A stretch of DNA of 64,000 nt from Spirochaetia bacterium (GCA_963662795.1 OY759746.1:1312001-1376000); one strand, 5' to 3'. Positions 1 to 10,119 are shown, counted from the first letter of the stretch. Notes: a model not told the origin generated them from the sequence alone. Made by a program: numbers and translations.

Positions 1-551
1 GAATCAAGCTTTTTCTGATACTGCATGTAGATATCTGGGAATTCAGGATCAAACGAAACAGGTGAAAGATCATCGTTGTATGCAAGGCAGTAATCTTTTG
101 CCCTGCTGATCATGCTGATGTAAGGCTTCAAATCTTTTTTTGCTTCACCCGGTCTTATGGACTGGAGAAGTGTGAGCATATCCTCTTCATCATAGATTGT
201 AAAATTATTCTCAAGTCCGACAGGGGAACCGTATCTCCTTAATACCCACGCCCCGAATGAATGAAAAGTGCGGATCATCGGGGGATTGTTCAGATTTATG
301 CCGGAAGATCTTCCGAGTATTGAGAAGACCCGATCTTCCATCTCCCGTGCAGCCCTGTTGGTAAAGGTAACTGCAAGTATTGAAGCAGGATAAACCTTTT
401 TTTCAGATATAAGCCAGGCAATCTTTGCTGTTATGGCATTGGTCTTGCCTGAACCGGCCCCTGCCAGGATAAGAAGGGGGGACCCTTCATGAACTACCGC
501 TTCGTACTGGGGTTTGTTAAGTCTTTCAAGAAATCCTGGTTTTTTTTCCAT
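1..551 (-). CDS. uvrD: UvrD/PcrA-family SF1 DNA helicase, N-terminal part (continues beyond window start)
   Basis: Manual translation from ATG at 551: MEKKPGFLERLNKPQYEAVVHEGSPLLILAGAGSGKT...AVTFTNRAAREM...TFHSFGAW (Q motif, Walker A, motifs Ia/Ib). Not in ORF track because truncated. Confidence 0.93.
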   Translation of the reverse strand, partial: MEKKPGFLERLNKPQYEAVVHEGSPLLILAGAGSGKTNAITAKIAWLISEKKVYPASILAVTFTNRAAREMEDRVFSILGRSSGINLNNPPMIRTFHSFGAWVLRRYGSPVGLENNFTIYDEEDMLTLLQSIRPGEAKKDLKPYISMISRAKDYCLAYNDDLSPVSFDPEFPDIYMQYQKKLD

Positions 552-619
552 AATGTTTAGTATACAGGGGCCCTTATATTTCCTTAATCACGGCAGAGTA
601 CTTTAAAACAGTAACTGTC

Positions 620-2017
620 TTACAGCGGAACTGCTTCAAGATCAAGATTGTTGCGCCTTGTTATCCTGCATTTTATCATATCACCGGGGGCAGCCTCGCC
701 GCTGTGGATTATAACTGCGCCGTCAATATCAGGCGCGTTGAGATAACCCCTTCCAAGAACAATTTCTTCACCCTCAATTCGCTCTTCCGCAAGGATATCA
801 AGCTCCATTCCGGTATATTTTTCCAGGTTTTTTTCAGATATCGAGGTCTGTATCTCTTTGAGATGTGCAATCCTTTTCCCGGTTTTCCTGGAAAGGATAA
901 AATCAGATAAACCGCCGCCCATTTTTCCGGCAGGAGTTCCTTCTTCCCTTGAAAACTGGAAGAAACCGGCCCAGTCAAGCTTTGCCTGTTTTATGAAATC
1001 GGTAAGTTCCAATATGTCATTATTTGTTTCACCCGGAAAGCCGAGCAGGAAAGTGGACCTGATTACAGCGCCTTCGACATTGCCTCTGATATCACTTATC
1101 AAATCAAGATAGGCGTCGTGGTTCCCTTTTCTGCCCATTCCGGAGAGGATTTTTTCAGACGCATGCTGAAAAGGAATATCAAAATAGGGAAGAATTCTGC
1201 GGTCAGCTTTCATAATCGGGTAGATTCCCTTATCGAATTTATCAGGGTGCATGTAAAGCAGTCTTATCCAAAAGTTCCCTTTTATATCTGAAATTTTTTC
1301 CAGAAGCGTCAGAAGGGTTGATTTTTTTCCCCTGTCGCTGCCGAAAGATGCCAGATCCTGTGCAATAAGGTTTATCTCATAAAAGCCGGAACCTGCAAGT
1401 TCTTCAATCTCTTCAATTACTTCATTTTCATCCCTGCTGTCAAGCGGACCTCTGATAAGGGGAATCGCACAAAAAGTGCAGTTGTTGTTGCATCCTTCGG
1501 CTATCTTCACATATGCGCTGCCGGGAAATGAAAGTGATATACGGGTCTGGGAACCGTGCGCCGGAGTAAAACAGCCCTTATCAGCGGCCGCGTTTACAGC
1601 CGCGTCTGCCGGCCGGTTTTTTGATTTTTTTTCAGGGATGTACAGCTTTTTCCGCCCTTCCATAAAATCTTCAGCAACAAGCGATATTGCTTCAGGATCC
1701 CTGTTTCCGAATATCGCGTCAGCTTCCGGCAGTGAAGCTGCAAGATCTTCCCCGTACCGCTGGGCAAGACATCCCGCAAGAACTATCTTACGGTCCGGAT
1801 ACTGCTGCCTGAAAGAGATAAGTGTCTGTATCGATTCCTCTTTCGCAGGTTTTATAAACCCGCAGGTATTTATAATTATCATCCCTGCAGTATCCGCCGG
1901 TGAATAAATCCAGCCCCTGCCTGTTAGTGATTTGATTATTGATTCGGCGTCAACCTGGTTCTTGGCGCAACCGAGATTTTCAATATAAAAGGTCTTATTA
2001 GCCGTTTCTTTTTTCAA
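620..2017 (-). CDS. rimO: Ribosomal protein S12 methylthiotransferase
   Basis: LGCAKNQVD and NTCGFI UPF0004 motifs, radical SAM CNNNCTFC, C-terminal TRAM domain with APDIDG. Confidence 0.93.
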   Translation of the reverse strand: MKKETANKTFYIENLGCAKNQVDAESIIKSLTGRGWIYSPADTAGMIIINTCGFIKPAKEESIQTLISFRQQYPDRKIVLAGCLAQRYGEDLAASLPEADAIFGNRDPEAISLVAEDFMEGRKKLYIPEKKSKNRPADAAVNAAADKGCFTPAHGSQTRISLSFPGSAYVKIAEGCNNNCTFCAIPLIRGPLDSRDENEVIEEIEELAGSGFYEINLIAQDLASFGSDRGKKSTLLTLLEKISDIKGNFWIRLLYMHPDKFDKGIYPIMKADRRILPYFDIPFQHASEKILSGMGRKGNHDAYLDLISDIRGNVEGAVIRSTFLLGFPGETNNDILELTDFIKQAKLDWAGFFQFSREEGTPAGKMGGGLSDFILSRKTGKRIAHLKEIQTSISEKNLEKYTGMELDILAEERIEGEEIVLGRGYLNAPDIDGAVIIHSGEAAPGDMIKCRITRRNNLDLEAVPL

Positions 2018-3171
2018 TAGAGAGGATGAGCCTTTACAACATACCCGCCGCCGGGTTTATCGTTCCACTTGATTATTTTGGCTGAAACTTCTCCTGCGCG
2101 CCCGAAACTGTATTCTGCATTATTCACAGTCGCAGCTACTGCGGCGGCATTTGATATCCAGATCCTTATATTGTCTGAAACTCCAAGGCGGAATGTGTCC
2201 CCCTTGTGGAAATAGCGCTCTTCTCTTCTCCCGCCGTCAGATTCGTATCTCATGAGGCAATAACCTCTGAAAGAAAGATTGACAGTAAACGGCCCTTTGG
2301 TTTCAGATTCGAGTATTAAAGTTTCACCCTGTTTTCTGGACTGAAGAGCAGAAGAGCCTGCTGCAGGAGCCGGAGAGGAAGAACCGGCTGCAACTGCGGC
2401 TGCCGACACATCGGAAAGTTCCTGTTCGCTGCTTATGCCTGATGAAACTACGGCCGGAGCTTCTGTTGTTTTATCAAATTTGAGAACAGCTCCATGTCCT
2501 TTCTCGTCAATGTCCCTGACCAGAATTTTAATATCGTTGTTTCCGTCTCCGTCAAGGTCAGAAAACAGCTCCTTCCCTTTTGCCAGTTCAACCTTGCCGG
2601 CAGGAAGATCAAGGGAAACCGTTTCCCCTGTTTCAGCAAGCACGATTTTAAATGGGACATCCCTGTATTTTACAATAACAGTATCTCCCTCTTCAAAGCG
2701 TTTTTCAATAAAAGCTGTAGTCATTTCATATTCAGCGCCTGATTTACTGCTGTTTTTCTGACCAGCAGAAACAGGTTTTTCCATGACCACTTTTGTACTG
2801 CTTTCAGAACCGTCCCTTAAGACCAGGAAAAAGATCAGGCCGGCAGCGGCTATTAGAATAAATGCGGCAGCTCCAATGTAGGCAAGGGCAGGTATCCTGG
2901 GTTTTGGTTCAAACAGCTCTACAGGAACAGGCTGCTCCTGTATCTTTGTATTTTTATAAATATTTATTATCTCGTCAACATTGAGCCCGAGATAACCCGC
3001 ATAGGATCTCAAAAACCCCAGCAGATATGCTTCTCCGGGGAAATCTCCGAAATTCTCTTCTTCAATTGCCTCAATATATTTTTTTGATATATTTGTTTCC
3101 CTTGAGACCTGCTCAATAAAAAGCCCTTTCTCTTTTCGGGCATCCTTAAATTTCTGTCCTATCGGTTCCAT
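2014..3171 (-). CDS. rodZ: RodZ-like protein (N-terminal HTH, one TM helix, C-terminal DUF4115-like domain)
   Basis: HTH with GFLRSYAGYLGL, hydrophobic helix around aa 95-118, DLDGDGNND loop; lies upstream of rimO as is typical. Confidence 0.75.
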   Translation of the reverse strand: MEPIGQKFKDARKEKGLFIEQVSRETNISKKYIEAIEEENFGDFPGEAYLLGFLRSYAGYLGLNVDEIINIYKNTKIQEQPVPVELFEPKPRIPALAYIGAAAFILIAAAGLIFFLVLRDGSESSTKVVMEKPVSAGQKNSSKSGAEYEMTTAFIEKRFEEGDTVIVKYRDVPFKIVLAETGETVSLDLPAGKVELAKGKELFSDLDGDGNNDIKILVRDIDEKGHGAVLKFDKTTEAPAVVSSGISSEQELSDVSAAAVAAGSSSPAPAAGSSALQSRKQGETLILESETKGPFTVNLSFRGYCLMRYESDGGRREERYFHKGDTFRLGVSDNIRIWISNAAAVAATVNNAEYSFGRAGEVSAKIIKWNDKPGGGYVVKAHPLY

Positions 3172-3263
3172 AACAAATCCCTGTTTCCTAATCTTGCATA
3201 ATATTGTTCATTGCCGGATTCTACTGCTGATAGAATCCGTCATATTTTTAATCCTGGTATGAC

Positions 3264-3956
3264 TCAATTCCCCGGATCAAATAAAAAATTTTCAAAAACA
3301 TTTGCAGATGCAGGAGGAATATACTCAAACCGTGCATCAGGAATATTCTGATTGATAATGATTTTTTTGAAATCAAACTGTACTGTCTCGTTTTCAGGCG
3401 TTACCCCGACAATTCTTCTTATGTAACCGTCCGGTTGTACCGAAAGATCAATCTGCCGGAATCCTTCCTGGGTCGATTTCCACAGCAGTTTCAGCTTTAC
3501 AACCATTTCCACTTCAGCTGCGCCGCTGTCGAGAGGAACAGGATCCGGACTTTCAAGATAGGCAACCGAATAATTCCTTTTAAGAAGAACAAGCCCTTCC
3601 CTGCTGGCCAGGGAGGCGCCCCCTGTTATCTGGTTTTTACTGTCCAGTTTCTGGGACATAGTCACCCTGTATCGCGGTATATATATTACAAGCCTCGTTC
3701 CGTCAAAAGCAATTGTCTGTTCTTCAGGTTCTGTAAAATTGATTCTCAGTTTGTCAGGATACTTGTGAAAAAGGGTACCGGACATCTCAGTGCCCCCCTT
3801 TGTGATAATAACATCTGCCTGATAGTCTTTTACCTCTGCATAAACTGCTGAAATTCTTTCAAAATAATCTGTTGCAGTGAGGATTTGCTGAGTTTGCGCG
3901 TATAATACGTTTGATACTGTGAATATTAAAAAAATTAAAAAATTTCTGTATGTCAC
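3264..3956 (-). CDS. lolA: Outer-membrane lipoprotein carrier protein LolA
   Basis: Signal peptide, KYPDKLRINF...FDG..L.IY.P and C-terminal F.Y.PP pattern of the LolA fold; lolA-rodZ-rimO order. Confidence 0.8.
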   Translation of the reverse strand: MTYRNFLIFLIFTVSNVLYAQTQQILTATDYFERISAVYAEVKDYQADVIITKGGTEMSGTLFHKYPDKLRINFTEPEEQTIAFDGTRLVIYIPRYRVTMSQKLDSKNQITGGASLASREGLVLLKRNYSVAYLESPDPVPLDSGAAEVEMVVKLKLLWKSTQEGFRQIDLSVQPDGYIRRIVGVTPENETVQFDFKKIIINQNIPDARFEYIPPASANVFENFLFDPGN

Positions 3957-4010
3957 TTTGTCTTCTGCATTAATTATATCAAGGGTAATTTGCGGTTCCC
4001 TTAACCCAAT

Positions 4011-4038
4011 AGTTTACTTAAACAATACTGTTTGTCAA
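4011..4038 (-). promoter_or_regulatory. Putative sigma70 promoter for lolA
   Basis: Minus strand TTGACA-16 nt-TAAACT upstream of lolA. Confidence 0.45.
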
Positions 4039-4039
4039 G

Positions 4040-6571
4040 TCAATCGGAAGAAGCACTTTTTGAGACGTATAAAGAGGCAAGATGACGGATATGCCCGTCG
4101 GAAAGCTTGAGGTTTTCATCGCACTCAGGACAGCGGAAACGGCCGTTTTTGATCCACTCTGATGCGCACCCGATGCAGTAAATCTTTCCGCATGAAGGAC
4201 ATTTTCCGGCAGGGGATTCGGGATCAGGGTCACCTGTAATTGTTATTTTCCTGTCATCCCTGATATTTTTCGGGACTTTCCACTTCCGGCCGCAGGAAGC
4301 GCATTCAAGTGTTTTTACCGTCTCCCGCTCTATCCGGTTAAAAAGCTTCTTTTTTCTTTCCATGACAGAAACAGGAAAGGATTCAGCCGTGTTTATTCCA
4401 AAATATTCCTCATATTTTTCAGCTGCTTTTTTGAAATCAAGCGTTTCGCATAATCCGTCAATATAATTGAGCGCAACAACAGGATCAAAATCAAGCGCAA
4501 GGCTTTTTCTGTAATCATTAAAAGCAGAATTAAAATCACCCCTTACCCTTGCGATATTCCCCCTTATGTTGAGAAGCCCGCTGTCAGAGGGAATTGCATC
4601 GGCAGCTGAGGATAAAACTTCCTCAGCTTTTCCATATTCCTCATTATTGTAATAATAAAGGATAAGGGCCTTTGCAGCCTGAAGATTTTCCGGATAGAAC
4701 TCCCTTGCTTCTGTAAACTGCTTAAGAGCGAGACTTCTTTCTCCTGATTCAGAAAAAATCCTCCCTTTCTGCAGTAAAACATCAGCATCGGGGTGAACTG
4801 AATCAAGGACATCCATGGCTTTATCTGTTTTACCGTTCATCAGAAGAGCCTCCGAATAATTGACTGCCGCAGATCCTGCCGAATATTCCGGCTTTGCCCG
4901 GAATGCTGTCTCAAAATACTTTTCAGCGTCCGGGCTGTTTCCATTCTCAATGGCAATAGTCCCCAGAAGGCTGTTTACAAGAAAATCATCAGGGGCAAGT
5001 TCATGGGCCTTTGAAAGGGCAGTGAGGGCATCAGATTCAAGTTTTTCCATGCGGCGGATCTCAGCAAGCTTATACCAGTAAAGGTAAAATCCGCTTTCTT
5101 TTTCACAGGCTTTTTCCACAAGCTGCGCCGCTTTTTTGTACCTGCCTTTTTCCAGATGGATAAGGCCGTATAGAAAAAAGATATCACTGCCGCATTCTTC
5201 AGGATACCCGCTTGTTATCTCCCTGAATTTTTCTTCAGCTGCCCTGTATTCATTATTCTGAAATAATATTTTAGCTGTTACGCTTTCCGCTTTCAACCTG
5301 ATGCTGCCGCCGGAAGGGCGCATATCAATTGCAAGTTTTGCAGCGGAGGAGGCTTCCTCATAATTTTCTTCTCTGAAGAACAGGATACTGCTTTCTGCAT
5401 AATAAAAAGCAGCTTCTTCAGTTTTTTCCGATGATTCAAGCGTTTTTGCCGCGTTCAGAAAATAAAGCGGATTTTCAGGATCCATCTCAGCCGCTTTTCT
5501 GTAACAGCTTTCAGCATCAGTATTCCTTCCAAGATAGAAGAGGCTGTGTCCCAAAAGATTCCAGTATAAAGGCTCTTTCTCCAGAACAGGTTCTGATGAT
5601 GAAAGAAAATCCTTCAGTTTATCATACCTTCCGAGCTGATATAGTATATTCCCTTTCTCAAGCAGATAATTTTTTTCCTGAGGTTTCTTTTCAAGTGCTT
5701 TTTCAAACTGTTCAAGGGCATCATCAAACAGGCCGAGATTAACAAGTATTTCCCCGTACCAGCCCAGGAGTTCTTCCCTGTTTTCAGCAGCAGGATTGTT
5801 TTCCAGACAGGATTTTACCTGAACAGCCGCAGGGAGGAACTGCCCCCTGTCAAAAAAAGACCTGGCCAGGAGAAGTTTCTGGTCATCAGCTATTTCATTA
5901 TTTTCTGACCATGCCTTTTCAACATCTGCAGGGGTTGAGGTTACCCTGAACTTCTTAAGCAGTATCACAGCATCACTTCTGCCGGATGCAGGAACAGGAG
6001 AGGGAGCATCAGACAGGGAAGTCCTGTCATAATTCTGCCCGCAGAATGTAATATAACCGCTGCCTATTGTTTCATCGTTGAGAGAAGCTACCTTTCTGCC
6101 GTTTATGAAAAAATGAAGAGCAGTACCCCATGCCGTTATACGCAACGTGTTTATTTTTTCAACGGAAAAAGACACGGGCGTCCAGCCGATCAGTCTGAGG
6201 GGATTCCCGTTAAAAACACAATCCACCCTGAAATAACCCCTGTTTGAAAGGAGAAAATAGTAATAGTTATAATCATTGCCCATTCTGAACAGGATGCCTC
6301 CGGAGCAGTAAGCACCGGCCGTTTCAAACGAAAAACTGCATTGGGCGTCAAAATCAGTATAAATATTCTCCGGCGGCTCACACCATGCAAAAACGTTTTC
6401 CTTTTTTATGACAAACTGCAGCCCTGATCCCGGTATAACTTCCGAGGTGTAGTTTTTTTCTTTTTCATTTTTAAATCTGCTTTTCCGGAAGATGGAAAAA
6501 TTCTCTTTCCAATCCTCTCCATCTATAGTATCGGGGGATGTAGCATTTTTTCTTTTTAAAAACCAGAACAT
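4040..6571 (-). CDS. TPR protein with N-terminal beta-sandwich (DUF1080/LamG-like) domain and C-terminal Cys8 zinc finger
   Basis: Beta-rich N-terminus (GGILFR...YYF...INGRKV..L.D), many TPRs around aa 230-725, then CASC-x30-CPSC-x4-CIGC-x11-CPEC. Confidence 0.75.
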   Translation of the reverse strand: MFWFLKRKNATSPDTIDGEDWKENFSIFRKSRFKNEKEKNYTSEVIPGSGLQFVIKKENVFAWCEPPENIYTDFDAQCSFSFETAGAYCSGGILFRMGNDYNYYYFLLSNRGYFRVDCVFNGNPLRLIGWTPVSFSVEKINTLRITAWGTALHFFINGRKVASLNDETIGSGYITFCGQNYDRTSLSDAPSPVPASGRSDAVILLKKFRVTSTPADVEKAWSENNEIADDQKLLLARSFFDRGQFLPAAVQVKSCLENNPAAENREELLGWYGEILVNLGLFDDALEQFEKALEKKPQEKNYLLEKGNILYQLGRYDKLKDFLSSSEPVLEKEPLYWNLLGHSLFYLGRNTDAESCYRKAAEMDPENPLYFLNAAKTLESSEKTEEAAFYYAESSILFFREENYEEASSAAKLAIDMRPSGGSIRLKAESVTAKILFQNNEYRAAEEKFREITSGYPEECGSDIFFLYGLIHLEKGRYKKAAQLVEKACEKESGFYLYWYKLAEIRRMEKLESDALTALSKAHELAPDDFLVNSLLGTIAIENGNSPDAEKYFETAFRAKPEYSAGSAAVNYSEALLMNGKTDKAMDVLDSVHPDADVLLQKGRIFSESGERSLALKQFTEAREFYPENLQAAKALILYYYNNEEYGKAEEVLSSAADAIPSDSGLLNIRGNIARVRGDFNSAFNDYRKSLALDFDPVVALNYIDGLCETLDFKKAAEKYEEYFGINTAESFPVSVMERKKKLFNRIERETVKTLECASCGRKWKVPKNIRDDRKITITGDPDPESPAGKCPSCGKIYCIGCASEWIKNGRFRCPECDENLKLSDGHIRHLASLYVSKSASSD

Positions 6572-6645
6572 AAGGTGCTGCTTGACTCCGGGTTATTGGA
6601 TGTATAATTTTTGAGCTGTCTTTCTATATCAGCAATAATAACCTA

Positions 6646-7380
6646 TTACTGATTATTGGACAATTCCCTGATCCTGTCACGGAGCTGTGCCGCTTTTTCA
6701 TAATTCTCCATCACAACAGCCCTTTCAAGTTCAATGACAAGTGTATCAACCACACTGCTTTTTCCTGTATCAAGCTGCTTTATCGCGCTCTCCAGATAGC
6801 TTATTGAACGTGATTTTTCAAGAATAAAAACAGAGGTATTAACCTCAGGCATTGACCTGAGAGTGCCTATTGCTGATTCAAGTATTTGCCTTGCCAGAAT
6901 TTTTATGTTTTTCTGCAGTGAAATCATTGCGCGTGATATTGCATTCATTTTTACAAGAAACGGCCTGTACTGGAGAACGTTTACCCTTACCTCATTATCT
7001 TCGCTGTAAAGATCGATAAGTCTGCATATCCCGATATTGTGCTCCGTGTCCCTGACGACCCGTCCGAAATCATTCAGCTGAAAACAGAGAAGATACCTGT
7101 GATAATACAGCCGGCTTTCATTCTCAAGTGCCTTAAGATCTTCCTTTGATAAATTAAAACCAATATTGCTGTTTTTTTCTCTCTCAAGTACAAGATCAAG
7201 ATATGAGGCAAAAGAATCGAATTTTTTGCCGTCAGGTCTTCCGTCAAGCTCGTACTGGCTGATTCCCATGATCTCACGGACCTGCATTACAGCTTTCCCT
7301 GAAGTTGTGTAAATTATTCTTACGTTTTTGTCTTCGTTGTATTTCCATTCTTCAAGAATAAAACTTATATCCTGGGACAC
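6646..7380 (-). CDS. UvrB/UvrC-motif (UVR coiled-coil) containing protein
   Basis: C-terminal LERAVVMENYEKAAQLRDRI UVR motif; N-terminal GRPDG segment. Confidence 0.75.
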   Translation of the reverse strand: MSQDISFILEEWKYNEDKNVRIIYTTSGKAVMQVREIMGISQYELDGRPDGKKFDSFASYLDLVLEREKNSNIGFNLSKEDLKALENESRLYYHRYLLCFQLNDFGRVVRDTEHNIGICRLIDLYSEDNEVRVNVLQYRPFLVKMNAISRAMISLQKNIKILARQILESAIGTLRSMPEVNTSVFILEKSRSISYLESAIKQLDTGKSSVVDTLVIELERAVVMENYEKAAQLRDRIRELSNNQ

Positions 7381-7587
7381 TTTATGCTGCTCCGCCTTTT
7401 AAAATCCGGTATAGTATCATTTTCGTCAAATTCTGCCTTTCTTTTACAAGTAACATGCATTATCCTGCCGGTATTTTTCTCCGGGCAGGCAGTAAAGAAA
7501 GCATACCTTAAATTTATAACAAATATTTAAAAAGTAAAGGAAGTTTTTGCATTGCAGATTTCTTTGCTTAAAGATATATTTCTCATT

Positions 7588-8277
7588 ATGGTAAAAGTAA
7601 TTTCTCTCGGCGGTTCAATAGTCGCCCCCGACTCGGTAGATACAGATTTTCTCAAAAAATTCTGCGCCCTTATTAAGGAATATCTTGATGAAGATACCAG
7701 CAGGAAGCTTATATTCGTAGTGGGGGGGGGCGCTCCTGCCAGACTATACCAGAAATCATACAGGGAAATAGTAACAGTTCCGGACGCAAATGCGCAGGAC
7801 TGGATAGGCATTGCGGCAACCAGGCTTAACGGAGAACTGCTTAAAGCCCTCTTCCCGGGTTACTGCAGGGAAAATGTAGTTACAGATCCTACAGCGGAAA
7901 TAAATTTTTCAGGACAGGTCCTTGTAGCATCAGGATGGAAGCCCGGCTTTTCAACCGATTTTGATTCTGTAGTTCTTGCCGAAAGATTTGATGCCGGAAC
8001 AGTTGTTAACCTTTCCAATATTTCAAAAGTATATTCTGAAGATCCCAGAATAAATCCGTCTGCATATCCGATAGACACAATAAGCTGGAGCGATTTTAAA
8101 AAAATTGTAGGTTCAGAATGGGTCCCGGGCAGGAATGTTCCGTTTGACCCTGTTGCGACAGCCAAAGCCGCTGAACTTGGAATGCAGGTACTTGTGGCCG
8201 GGGGAAAGGATATTGAAAACCTGAATCATATTCTTTACGGCAGGATGGAACAATTCAAAGGGACAATAATCGGCTGA
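7588..8277 (+). CDS. pyrH: UMP kinase, archaeal-type
   Basis: MVKVISLGGS, VVGGGAPAR, GWKPGFSTD, DPVA motifs; start refined to ATG 7588 (ORF track starts at 7552). Confidence 0.9.
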   Translation: MVKVISLGGSIVAPDSVDTDFLKKFCALIKEYLDEDTSRKLIFVVGGGAPARLYQKSYREIVTVPDANAQDWIGIAATRLNGELLKALFPGYCRENVVTDPTAEINFSGQVLVASGWKPGFSTDFDSVVLAERFDAGTVVNLSNISKVYSEDPRINPSAYPIDTISWSDFKKIVGSEWVPGRNVPFDPVATAKAAELGMQVLVAGGKDIENLNHILYGRMEQFKGTIIG

Positions 8278-9249
8278 TCAGTTCTTTTCAAATCCTTCTT
8301 TCCAGTGCCATATCATCTCTTTCCTGCTGCTGCCGGGAAACGGACTTGAGCTGTTAAAGTCCGGAACCCATATACAATCCCCTTCTGGCTCCTGTATAAA
8401 ACCATCATCAATATCATATTTATCAAGCATTCCGTAAACTTCATCTTCCTCTTTTCCGCTGACTCTTCTTTTCGGAAGATCAACTTTTCCTGATACAGCT
8501 TCCGGCTCGTACTGGAACATAAGGGAGAGGATTGCCCTGTCTTTAAGATTTTCCCCGAACCATTTTAAAAATTCCTCTGTTGATTCAAGTTCGCCGGGAA
8601 GAACAAGATGCCTTACAATAACACCCCTTTTTATTACGCCCTCCTTTTCTATCAGTGAAAAATCTGTCTTTCTCCCGTCCGCCATTTTCAGTACGGCGCG
8701 TGCCGCATACCCGGGATAATCCTGCGCCCTGAAAAGCCGGGCAGAAAGGGCTGGATCAAGTGTTTTAAGGTCCGGGAGAAAGACATCTATAAAATCAAGC
8801 AGCATCTCAACAGTCTCTTCAGTTTCATAGCCTGATGTATTCCAGAGCAGGGGAATCGAAAGCCCTTTCTTTTTTGCCGCCTTTGCAGCTTCATAGACAG
8901 AGGGGATAAAATGTGTTGCTGTTACAAAATTAATATTTTCAGCCCCTTCCTTCTGAAGAGAAATCATGATATCGGAGAGGACTTCTTCATCTGCGCTGCG
9001 GCCAAGCATACTCCGGCTGATCTGGTGGTTCTGGCAGAAGCCGCACCGCAGCGTGCATCCTGTAAAAAATATTGTACCGGATCCTCCCGCCCCTGTCACA
9101 GGCGGCTCTTCGCCTCTGTGGAGGAGCGCGCAGGAGACTGCTGCTTCATAGCCGGATCCGCAGAAGCCGGTTCCCCCTTCAAGGCGGTTAACGCCGCATT
9201 TTTTGGGGCACAAAATGCAGTTATCATACAGTTTTCTGCTTATTGCCAT
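8278..9249 (-). CDS. Radical SAM protein, PflX-like (pyruvate formate-lyase activating enzyme family)
   Basis: N-terminal CILCPKKCGVNR, GEEPP, CTLRCGFCQN, VRHLVLPG. Confidence 0.85.
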   Translation of the reverse strand: MAISRKLYDNCILCPKKCGVNRLEGGTGFCGSGYEAAVSCALLHRGEEPPVTGAGGSGTIFFTGCTLRCGFCQNHQISRSMLGRSADEEVLSDIMISLQKEGAENINFVTATHFIPSVYEAAKAAKKKGLSIPLLWNTSGYETEETVEMLLDFIDVFLPDLKTLDPALSARLFRAQDYPGYAARAVLKMADGRKTDFSLIEKEGVIKRGVIVRHLVLPGELESTEEFLKWFGENLKDRAILSLMFQYEPEAVSGKVDLPKRRVSGKEEDEVYGMLDKYDIDDGFIQEPEGDCIWVPDFNSSSPFPGSSRKEMIWHWKEGFEKN

Positions 9250-9282
9250 ATTACCTATATTCCTTATCTTTCACTGCTGTTA

Positions 9283-9311
9283 TTGACAAACACCTTTTAT
9301 ACCATTAGCTT
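9283..9311 (+). promoter_or_regulatory. Putative sigma70 promoter for tRNA-Leu
   Basis: TTGACA-17 nt-TAGCTT about 30 nt upstream of the tRNA. Confidence 0.5.
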
Positions 9312-9339
9312 TAGCTTGTGGGAAAGCATGTTTTTTCAT

Positions 9340-9423
9340 GCCGGCGTGGCGAAATTGGTAGACGCAGCAGACTCAAAATCTGCCGGGGGCAACTCTGTAT
9401 CGGTTCAAGTCCGATCGCCGGTA
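9340..9423 (+). tRNA. tRNA-Leu(CAA)
   Basis: Acceptor GCCGGCG/CGCCGGT, anticodon arm GCAGA-CT CAA AA-TCTGC, long variable arm, T loop GGTTCAAGTCC; CCA not encoded. Confidence 0.96.
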
Positions 9424-9444
9424 AAAATATTTTCACCCCCGTAA

Positions 9445-10119
9445 TCAGTACGGAAGCACGACAGTATACATTAAAATATAATGCATTAACGACCCGGCTA
9501 TAACAAACAGGTGCCAGATTTCATGAAATCCGAATTTTCCTTTAACAGGATTTGGTTTTTCAATTGTAAAGATAACGCTTCCGGCGGTATAGAAAAATCC
9601 CCCTGCGCCCAGATATAACACAGCAGCCGTGCCGGCCCTCGCGGCAAAAGGGACAACAATAAAAACAGCAGACCAGCCCATTGAGATAAAAAGGGTTGTT
9701 GTAAACCACCTGGGAATGCCGGGGATAAGAATACGGACTGCGGCGCCCGCAAGAGCACATACCCAGCAAACCCCGAAGATTACCCAGCCATAGGCAGAGT
9801 CCCGCAGAATTACCAGAGAGAGCGGCGTTAATGACCCTGCGATCAGAAGAAAAATTGAACTGTAATCGAGCGACCTCAAAAATTTTTTCAGTTTTGCACC
9901 GCATTTCAAACCATGATGCAGCGCGCTTGACACAAAAAGCAGCAGCAGGGTAATGGAATAAACAGAAAATGCTGTTATTTTCCACGGATCACCTGTTAAT
10001 CCGGCCTTTGCAATCAGAAGCGACCCGCCCACAAGAGTAAAAAATGCTGCGGCAGAATGAAAGGCTGTATTAAATATTTCATCTGTTACATGGATGCTTC
10101 CATCCCTGCTTTTTTTCAT
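9445..10119 (-). CDS. Hemolysin III / PAQR family membrane protein
   Basis: Seven TM segments; EIFNTAFH, SSALHH, LDYSSIFLLIAGS, HEIWHLFV..GS..H. Confidence 0.9.
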   Translation of the reverse strand: MKKSRDGSIHVTDEIFNTAFHSAAAFFTLVGGSLLIAKAGLTGDPWKITAFSVYSITLLLLFVSSALHHGLKCGAKLKKFLRSLDYSSIFLLIAGSLTPLSLVILRDSAYGWVIFGVCWVCALAGAAVRILIPGIPRWFTTTLFISMGWSAVFIVVPFAARAGTAAVLYLGAGGFFYTAGSVIFTIEKPNPVKGKFGFHEIWHLFVIAGSLMHYILMYTVVLPY

